From the NCBI GenBank assembly GCA_028534125.1, contig JAPYYK010000045.1, forward strand, positions 186,001-250,000: a stretch of 64,000 nt of DNA. The letters run 5' to 3'. The notes beneath the pieces were generated by a model. That model searched no databases and was not told the DNA's origin. It saw only the letters and a program-made list of their open reading frames with translations. Positions 27,691-35,764 of the stretch are shown in pieces. Made by a program: the position numbers and the translations under genes. The number at the start of each line of letters is the position of its first letter. Within the stretch, counting starts at the first letter, position 1. The DNA is from Lama glama (Eukaryota).

Positions 27691-27759
27691 GGGGGGACCT
27701 GGGCCGCAGGGACAAAGTGGATGCAGCCTCTGCTCCAGGGACGAGATGGTGAGGGTGAG

Positions 27760-28050
27760 TGGGAAGCGCGAGGCCGGGGCGAGGCCAGGCAGGCTTCCCT
27801 GAGGAGGTGTCATCTGAGCTGAGCTGAGAGAGGCATTAACTCAGCGAGGCGGAGGGGGGCACAGCGTATGCAAAGGCCCCAAAGGGGGGCATTAAAAGGA
27901 ATAAAAGGTGTGTGTGGCTGGCATGAGAGACCCAGGGGACAGGAGGATGAGATGCCGCTGGACTCAGCAGGGGCTCGATGGTCATGTGTGGGGTGGCTCC
28001 TGTCCCTGGATGGTGTCAGGTGGTGACGTGATCAGATTGCTTCGGGCTCG
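27760..28050 (-). mobile_element. L2 remnant
   Basis: AGGCTTCCCTGAGGAGGTGTCATCTGAGCTGAG...CAGCGTATGCAAAGGCCC. Confidence 0.65.
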
Positions 28051-28587
28051 TGCAGAACTGACAGGGCAGCGCGAGGGCGTCAAGGGGTCGGCAGGACCTC
28101 TGGGCCAGGGTGTGGAGGAGTTCACCCGGGGCCACCGAGGCCGAGAAGGCCGAATCATGTGGAAACCAGAGCGTGGTACCCAAGGGGAAGGCAGGTGCAG
28201 TCGAGTGACCATCACAGGCGGTTCAGTGCGACTCGTGGTCACTGGTGTGTGACCTCACAGAGCTGAGTGTCGGGGTGAGGGGCAGGCCCCTGTGGTTTTG
28301 GTGGCATCTTAAACAGGAAAGGTGCAGGGAGGGGAGGGGATGTTGAATTGAGAAAGAACAGGCCAGGGGCCCCCGTCAAACAGGGAAGGACCTCTGGGGG
28401 ACAGGAGGGCGGGGAGGGGTCTGTGGTCCCACCTGGGGTGGGAGCGTTGGCAAGGTTCCTCCAGGGCTTCTGGGAGCAGCAGGCAGGGTGTGGGGAGCAC
28501 ATCTGCAGGGAGGGAGGCAGAGGGGCCGCAGGGGGATTAAAGCTTCCGTGCAGCGTTGAGGGCCCGGTCTCAGGGCACTGGGAGCCG

Positions 28588-28872
28588 TGTCTCAGGCGCT
28601 CGGGCCGCGATAACCGGCACCACGGGCCAGGCGACGTTTCCCTGTGCTCTGGAGGCTGGGCACCGAGGTCGAGGTGCCGGGGTCCCCTCAGCACGGCCCT
28701 CCCCCCGCGACAGACGTGCCCTCGTGGGAAGGAACAAGCTCTCGGCCTCTTCTGAGCGCTAAGCCCACCCGTGGGGGCTCCGCCTCGGGGCCTGGTCACC
28801 CTGGAGGCCTGCTCCGCATACCACCGCTCTGAGCGTGAGATTCGACACGTGAACTGGGGGCACATTCAGTCC
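28588..28872 (-). mobile_element. MLT1A/B-type MaLR LTR remnant
   Basis: TCTGGAGGCTGGG...GAGGTGCCGG and GATTCGACACGTGAACTGGGGGCACATTCAGTCC match the antisense MLT1 layout. Confidence 0.7.
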
Positions 28873-29759
28873 GGGCGAGGAGACTTCTCCAGGGCCGGTG
28901 TCTCCCCAGGTGAGTGTCACAGACGGGGACGCGGGGACCGGCGGGAGTCACTGGTGTGACAGGGCCTGGTGAGAAGTAGCCCGAGGTCTGCTGGTCCCTC
29001 AGAGGCCAGGGGTGTTTCTGAGGGGAGTGCTGGGCTGGAGGGGAGTAGGAGCGACGGCCGGAGGCTGCCCAGTGAGTCTGTGGCTGGCGGGGCAGGACTG
29101 CAGGGCTGGGGGCAGAGGTGACGGGAGATGCCGCGGGGCGCCGAGGGCCCAGGCCAGCAGGGATGCCATTCTAAGTGTGACGCGAAGCCGCTGGAGGGCG
29201 GCAGTGTGGAGGGTGGACGGGGTTGGGGGGGCTTCCGGGTACGTGGCTGTTGTGGGCCTGCAGGTGGCGGCAGGGGAGGGCTGACTTTGGACATGTTGTG
29301 ATGGGGCTGGGGGTCTGCAGGTGGCCTACAGTTTGGGGGTGAAGGCAGGAGGGAAGCTGGGAGACCCCAAGGCTCTTGTCGGAGCAGCAGGTGCCACCTG
29401 TGGGCCATGATCCGAGCAGGTGGGCCTGGGTCCACCCTGTCCACTCTGGCCCCCTACCCTGTACTTGCTTTAGCAATTGCCACCTTCCTAGACAGTCGTT
29501 ACTCCTTTGTAATCTGTCCTCATGTTTTTGTGGGAGGTGGAGTTAAAGGGGCACAGGCTGGAGGCCCTGGAAGTCCATGCGGGCCCGGCTCCCTCTCCTG
29601 GTGTCTGCCACGGTGACCCCCAGGAACGTGGCCTTGTCTTTTGTAAGAACCTAAGGATGTCCTGACACTCATCTTTGGCTGTTTTTTGACTGCTTCCCCC
29701 TTCCTTCTCAGCCTCTTTTACTCGCTACAGAAGTGAAATTTCCAAATATAAACTTGTAG

Positions 29760-30130
29760 AGGTGCCCACATCCTTAAAGCCCCCTGACAGCATTTCCTAC
29801 TTTCTGGGTAAAGACAAAACTCCTTGCTGTGGCCGTGAAGGGGCGGTCCTGCTGCCCCACCTCCGCCTGCGCTCCCTCCACTCTGGCTGCGTTGATCTCT
29901 TCCGGGCCCTGGGTCCCCCATGCTGCTCCCACCCCTGGGCCTTTGCACATGCGGATGGTGCCTCTCCCGCCTGGACACCTTGCCTCCTCCTTCGGGCCCG
30001 TCAGCCACTGGGTCCTCAGGAGCGTGTCCTCACTCTCCCAAGTGAGGTGGAGTTCAGCCCGGCAAGCACCTCTCCTTTGTGCGTCTGTCACAGTCACACA
30101 TCATCTCTGTGCAGGTGTTTGACGTCCACG
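29760..30130 (+). mobile_element. L2 remnant
   Basis: GGGCCTTTGCACATGC...GCCTGGACACC L2 motif. Confidence 0.6.
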
Positions 30131-30289
30131 TTATCATAGGTCCCACAGGGAAGCAACATAGTTCAGCAGTATTTCCTGGACAATAGAGTAGCTCCCTGTT
30201 GTCTTCTCTGCCCGCCTCCTGCACTCTGACCCTGCCTGGTCCAGGTTGGCTCGGGCTGGTCTGTGAACTGGCCCCTCGTGGCGCCCACT

Positions 30290-30350
30290 TCCCGGCCTCC
30301 ACTCCCTGCGGACCTCCCGGCCTCCGCTCCCTGCGGACCTCCCGGCCTCC
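30290..30350. repeat. 25-bp minisatellite TCCCGGCCTCCRCTCCCTGCGGACC, ~2.4 copies
   Basis: Near-perfect direct repeats. Confidence 0.9.
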
Positions 30351-30904
30351 TTGAACAGACCAGCCTCTCCTCCACTGGAAACCTCTGCGGTCCCTGCTGG
30401 GGAGTCAGTCCAAGCCCCTTTCCTTGGACTTCAGGGCCCCTTGGACGCGGGCCCCCAGCTGGTGTCCTGGGCATGGGGGCCCGTCAGCACCGCGTCCTCG
30501 TTGGTTCTTCTTCTTTGGTGACTTGCTCATCCTGGGGCTTGGACGGTTGGCTCCTTGAGAGAAGGTGTGGCCTCCGCTGCACCTGGGTTGCTTGCAAGGC
30601 AGTCCAGGCTCCTCGATTCTGATCCGACCAGGTTACTGAGTGTCTCCTCCGTATCAGACACAGTCAGATTTACTCTGAACTTTCACAGCAGTTTTGAGAA
30701 GTAGGTATTATTTTCTGAGATTTTTATATGAGGGGGTTGAATTTGAGAGAGATTTGTTTGGAGTCCTCTGGCAGCAGTGGGGTCCCTGGGATCACAGCAG
30801 GAGCTCCCTGCCTGGCTGCCTCTGGTGGTGTGTGTGTCGGGGGGGGCAGGGCACCAGGTGGGGCTGTGGCCTTGGCCGTTGGGGTGGGATAGGCTGATGG
30901 CATC

Positions 30905-31564
30905 TGCAGGAAGCTTGCATTCCACTTGGTGGGGAAGGACTGGGCGTGCTCCCCGAGGTCGGGGCAAAGTCAAGAGCCCCTCTCACGACTCCCACTGCAC
31001 GCTGTGCGGGGGTCTCGCCAGGGCAGCTGAGGAAGAAAAAGGAACAAAAGGCATCTGGACAGAAAGAAAGGTGTGAAACTCTCTCCCTTTGCCTGATCTT
31101 GTCAATGGAAAGTTGTGNNNNNNNNNNNNNNNNNNNNNNNNNNNNNNNNNNNNNNNNNNNNNNNNNNNNNNNNNNNNNNNNNNNNNNNNNNNNNNNNNNN
31201 NNNNNNNNNNNNNNNNNNNNNNNNNNNNNNNNNNNNNNNNNNNNNNNNNNNNNNNNNNNNNNNNNNNNNNNNNNNNNNNNNNNNNNNNNNNNNNNNNNNN
31301 NNNNNNNNNNNNNNNNNNNNNNNNNNNNNNNNNNNNNNNNNNNNNNNNNNNNNNNNNNNNNNNNNNNNNNNNNNNNNNNNNNNNNNNNNNNNNNNNNNNN
31401 NNNNNNNNNNGCCAGCTCAGCATGTGGCAGGACATGGGGTCAATACACAGAAATGGGCTGAATTTGCACCTGTTAGCAATGAACAATCTAAAAACGAAAT
31501 TAAAGCAATTCTGTTTACAGCAGCATCAAGGAGAATCAAATATCTAGAAATAAATTTAACAAAA
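30905..31564 (+). mobile_element. Degenerate LINE-1 ORF2 fragment interrupted by the gap
   Basis: GAAGAAAAAGGAACAAAAGGCATC...AAACTCTCTCCCTTTGC before the gap and AGCAATGAACAATCTAAAAACGAAATTAAAGCAATTC...TAGAAATAAATTTAACAAAAG after it resemble consecutive L1 ORF2 consensus segments. Confidence 0.8.
31118..31410. other. Assembly gap (293 N)
   Basis: Run of n. Confidence 1.
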
Positions 31565-31642
31565 GTGCTGCGGGCAGAGCTGTCCGCACGTGTGTCTGTG
31601 GTGTTCACCCCACCGCTCCGCCCACAGTGTCCTCCTGCAGCC

Positions 31643-31811
31643 ATGAGGAGCATCTTCAAGAGGAACCAGGAGCCTGCGGTGGCTCCCGCCACCACCGCCG
31701 CGCCTGTCGGGCCCGCAGACAACACCACGGAGAGCGGGGGTGCTGGGAAGACCAAGGACGTGTTTGCCAAGATGGGGGAGCAGTTCTTCAATGACATGAA
31801 GCTGATCCCCT
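31643..31811 (+). CDS. SYT2: Synaptotagmin-2 coding exon 1 (gene exon 2): luminal N-terminus [11 protein letters not shown]...FFNDMKLIP
   Basis: GCCATG start at 31643; acceptor cccacag at 31627 (alternatively ctgcag at 31640); donor T|GTGAGT at 31811; phase 1. [11 protein letters not shown] is the SYT2 N-terminus, and the N-glycosylation sequon NTT is retained. Confidence 0.95.
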
Positions 31812-32443
31812 GTGAGTGCCCCTCGCGCCCGGGGGCCGGGCTGGGGCCCTGTGGGTGGGACGGCTGAGACCCTGCCCGGATTACTGGGGGACCCACTTCG
31901 GGGGGTGGCAGTGTGGTCTGGCAGTAACGAGGGAAGGAGGGGCTTTATGCCCTGACCACACGCCCAGAGGCAAAATGTTCCTGTAATGTAGGAGACTGTC
32001 GGAAGAGAAGATAAAAAGTGACGGGACAGAAACCGTCATTCACGTTTCTAGCCACACTCTGAAACCGCTTTATTTCAGACAGTAGAACATAAAAGCCCCC
32101 TGCTTCCTGGATTTCTGGCCAGGCCTGGTGCGAGGTCCAGTCCAGGGAGCCAGCCCGCTGGGAGACGGTGCTTCAGGCCCATCCCCAAGGCCTGCAGGAG
32201 CTGAGGGCGCTTGCCTTCCGACCCTCGGCCAGGGCGGACAAGGCCCCACCCACCCTGCAAGGGTCCAAGCAGAGCCTGCGGTGCAGGCTGCAGCCACCAG
32301 GGCCCTGCGGACAGGAGGGCCCCCCGGGGTGTGGCCTGCACGCCAGCCAGTCCTAGGTGTGGGGAGCACATGGGTGGGGCCGCGGCCTCGCCCAGGCCTC
32401 TGGGGGCTGCGGGCGGCAGCCTGACGCCGCCTCCCGCGGGCAG

Positions 32444-32610
32444 TGCCGCCCTGGGCGCTCATCGCCGTTGTGGTGCTCGTCGGCCTCCTGCTCCTCACCT
32501 GCTGCTTCTGCATCTGCAAGAAGTGTTGCTGCAAGAAGAGGAAGAACAAGAAGGAGAAGGGCAAGGGCGCCAAGAGCGCCATGAGCATGAAGGACATGCG
32601 AGGGGGCCAG
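32444..32610 (+). CDS. SYT2: SYT2 exon 3: transmembrane helix, Cys palmitoylation cluster, basic linker
   Basis: cag|TG...CAG|gtaggg; encodes [56 protein letters not shown]; phase joins the previous exon (T+TG=Leu). Confidence 0.97.
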
Positions 32611-33028
32611 GTAGGGAGCCCGTCCCCTCGCCCGCAGGTCCCTCCCCTCAGCTCGCAGCAGCCCCGCTTTCCCCAGGGCTCTTTGGGAGACAGTTCCTGC
32701 CCGAGGAACCGGCATGGAGGGTGGAAGGAGGGGCCTGTTTCGAGTCGTCCGCCTTGGAGCGGTGGCCTCCAGTGCGCGCATGGGTGTGTGTGAGCACACG
32801 TGTGGGCGTGTGGGCACGTGAGAGTGCGTGTGAGCACACGTGTGCTGGGGCCCCCCAACGGGGCGGGTCTGAGCCGCAGGGTCTCTCACCACTGTCTTCT
32901 TCCTTCCTCTCCCATCTGCGGTGCACCCGGACTGCACTCCTGGTATGTGTTGCCCGGGCTGGGGGAGCAGGGGCCATGATGGTGCTGCCCTGCATCCCTT
33001 GACGTTCCCTCCTCCCCCAGCCCCCCAG

Positions 33029-33148
33029 GACGATGACGACGCCGAGACGGGCCTGACGGAGGGGGAGGGCGAGGGGGAGGAGGAGAAGGAGCCAGAGAAC
33101 CTGGGGAAGCTGCAGTTCTCCCTGGACTACGACTTCCAGGCCAACCAG
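33029..33148 (+). CDS. SYT2: SYT2 exon 4: acidic linker and start of C2A
   Basis: ccag|GAC...CAG|gtgtgt; 120 nt; [40 protein letters not shown]. Confidence 0.97.
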
Positions 33149-33313
33149 GTGTGTGGGGCCGGAGTGGGGGGCTGGGTCTGCAGGGAGGGGCCTGGCAGGC
33201 TGCCCACCGCCCTGGCCACAGAAGTGCCTTCCCAGCTTCGGTTTCTCCAAGCGTCCCTCCGGCACCGCGCGCCCCCACCCCTGGGCTGACCTGGCCACGC
33301 TCTCTCCCCACAG

Positions 33314-33481
33314 CTCACAGTCGGCGTCCTGCAGGCCGCGGAACTGCCTGCCCTGGACATGGGGGGCACCTCAGACCCTTACGTCAAAGTCTTCCTCCTC
33401 CCAGACAAGAAGAAGAAATATGAGACCAAAGTCCATCGGAAGACACTGAACCCTGCCTTCAACGAGACCTTCACCTTCAAG
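33314..33481 (+). CDS. SYT2: SYT2 exon 5: C2A
   Basis: cacag|CTC...AAG|gtcctc; 168 nt; [56 protein letters not shown]. Confidence 0.96.
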
Positions 33482-33636
33482 GTCCTCCCAGCCCTTCCCC
33501 TGTCCTGTAGGGCAGCTGAGGCCCTGGCCCAGTCCGGCCGGGGACCATGGCCTCCCCCAGAGCCCGGGGGCTTCTCTCTGAGTCCGCACGGCAGCCCCCA
33601 CAGTGCCCTGAACCTGCCCCTGCCCCTGCCCTGCAG

Positions 33637-33804
33637 GTGCCGTACCAGGAGCTGGGGGGCAAGACCCTGGTGATGGCCATCTACGACTTTGACCGCTTCT
33701 CCAAACACGACATCATCGGGGAGGTGAAAGTGCCCATGAACACCGTGGACCTCGGGCAGCCCATCGAGGAGTGGCGGGACCTGCAGGGCGGTGAGAAGGA
33801 AGAG
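33637..33804 (+). CDS. SYT2: SYT2 exon 6: C2A Ca2+-binding loop ([10 protein letters not shown])
   Basis: ctgcag|GTG...GAG|gtgagg; 168 nt; [56 protein letters not shown]. Confidence 0.97.
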
Positions 33805-34271
33805 GTGAGGTCGGCTCCACACCCCGCCTGGGGCCCTTGTCCCTGGGCAGCGAGGATGCCCACCTGTGAGCGCGGACAGCGGCCAGGCGCTCAGGTAGAC
33901 GGGAAACGTCAGCCTTCTCCCCACAGGGAGCCCCCGTGCTCTGGAGGGTCCCCGCAGGGGCCCGTCTCCCCTTCACCAGATCACTGAGCCCCTGCCGTGC
34001 ACCAGAAATTCCATTTTAGCCGCCGCCCTGCCAAGCACCGGCCGTCTGTCTCGGCATAGCCCCCGAGTGCACAGCACCAGGCGCCGAGGGGGCCCAGGCT
34101 GCCTGGAGGAAGGGCCAACACCCTGCTCGGGACGTGGGTGTGGTGGGCGGCCTCGGCCAGGCTCGAGGTCCGACCTTCCTCACATCAGAGGGGACTCAGT
34201 CTCAGCGGGATGGGGTCAGCCCTGCTGGAGGCGGGGTGGGGGCGGCTGAGATGACCCGCACCCACCCACAG

Positions 34272-34389
34272 CCAGAGAAGCTGGGTGACATCTGCACCTC
34301 CCTGCGCTACGTGCCCACGGCTGGGAAGCTCACTGTCTGCATCCTGGAGGCCAAGAACCTGAAGAAGATGGACGTGGGCGGCCTCTCAG
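34272..34389 (+). CDS. SYT2: SYT2 exon 7: C2B start
   Basis: cacag|CCA...TCAG|gtgcat; 118 nt; [39 protein letters not shown]. Confidence 0.97.
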
Positions 34390-34512
34390 GTGCATGTGGA
34401 GCCCCTGCTGCTGACGGGGGCACGGCTGGAGCCGCGGATCCCACCCTCCCACCTGCTGGGGGAGTGCGTGGGGCAGGGCGCAGGGCCGCTCTGACCGGTG
34501 CTCTCCCCGCAG

Positions 34513-34646
34513 ACCCCTACGTGAAGATCCACCTCATGCAGAATGGCAAGAGGCTCAAGAAGAAGAAGACGACGGTGAAGAAGAAGACCCTGAACCCCTA
34601 CTTCAACGAGTCCTTCAGCTTCGAGATCCCCTTCGAGCAGATCCAG
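34513..34646 (+). CDS. SYT2: SYT2 exon 8: C2B polylysine patch
   Basis: ccgcag|AC...CAG|gtgcgg; 134 nt; [45 protein letters not shown]. Confidence 0.97.
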
Positions 34647-35557
34647 GTGCGGGGCGCCGCGGGGCCGGGGCTGGTCTCTCCCTCGTGCTGGGGAGGTGCT
34701 CCCCCGGGACGGGTCCTGCCACCGCTACCCTTGAGGCTCTTCATGGAGCACGGGCAGCGTAACGCTGGGCCCGGAGGGTCCTGCTGCCGGAAGCGGAGAC
34801 GCACGGTTACAGGCCCAGAGCCCGCAGAACGACCCCGCCCCCAGCCGCCCAGTTTAGACCCCTCCTCACCCTGTTCCCCCATCTGCCTGACACACCTTCT
34901 GAGTGTCTTGCTGGTGCTGGAGAAGCACATGAGAAGACGCCGTCCTTGCTCCCAAGGAGCTGTGGTCGGGAGGGGCAATATGCAGGGTGAGGGGCTTTGG
35001 GGTGCAGGGACCCAGGGGACCATGACAACCCAGCCCCTCCAACTGGTTCACCCCAAACGCCCCCACTTCCACCCCCACCACATGGCCAGCTCCAGACCTT
35101 TAGTGTCCACCGCTGAGACCCCCACAGCCCTGACTGGGGTCCCCCCTCCAGGCCTTCCTCCTGCAGCGACTCTCCCACCAAGACCCGGGTCCCCTTCTAC
35201 AAGGTCCCCGCTGCCCCTCCCGCAGCTTCCCTCCTGGGCTTCTCTCCTGCCTTCCCTCTGCCTTCACCTCCCGGTTCACACCGCTCCCTCCTGAGGCCTG
35301 CCTTGCCGGTGGGGCAGGACGGTCCCCCCACCCTGGGCCCCGCGTTCCCTCGCTGGCATCCCTAGCACAGCCTTCAGCGCTTTGCGCTGGGAGCTTGGGA
35401 GGCAGTGCCTGACCCCTCCCAGGCGCTCGGAGCTTGGAGCTGGAGCGCCACTCGGTGAGAGGGGTGGGAACGGAGGTCGTGCCGGCGCTGGAGGCAGGCC
35501 CCGGAGAGGCTGGTCAGGGGAGCCGGCCTCCCCGCCCATGCCTGCTGTCCCCTGCAG

Positions 35558-35764
35558 AAGGTCCAGGTCGTGGTCACCGTGCTGGACTATGACAAGCTGG
35601 GCAAGAACGAGGCCATCGGCAAGATCTTCGTGGGCAGCAGCGCCACGGGCACGGAGCTGCGGCACTGGTCCGACATGCTGGCCAACCCCCGCCGGCCCAT
35701 CGCGCAGTGGCACTCGCTCAAGCCCGAGGAGGAGGTGGACGCGCTTCTGGGCAAGAACAAGTAG
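35558..35764 (+). CDS. SYT2: SYT2 exon 9 coding part: C2B end and WHxL motif; TAG stop. Spliced protein is 416 aa.
   Basis: ctgcag|AAG; [68 protein letters not shown]; all exon phases join into an intact ORF. Confidence 0.97.
   Translation, partial: KVQVVVTVLDYDKLGKNEAIGKIFVGSSATGTELRHWSDMLANPRRPIAQWHSLKPEEEVDALLGKNK

Noticed and set aside
30946-31547. ORFs spanning the N run
   Set aside because: Artefacts of the assembly gap.
31577-31610. REST/RE1 site near SYT2 (GAGCTGTCC half-site; other half-sites at ~39708 and ~43879)
   Set aside because: Only half-sites were seen, with no full 21-bp RE1 at correct spacing.
34134-35294. 386-aa ORF containing C2B sequence
   Set aside because: It is SYT2 exons 7-8 read through an in-frame 123-nt intron plus flanking intron, not a separate gene.
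31643-35764. SYT2 as a pseudogene or paralogue (SYT1/SYT5) given the divergent N-terminus
   Set aside because: The ORF is intact, all introns are GT-AG, the C2 domains are essentially identical to SYT2, and synteny with PPP1R12B is conserved.
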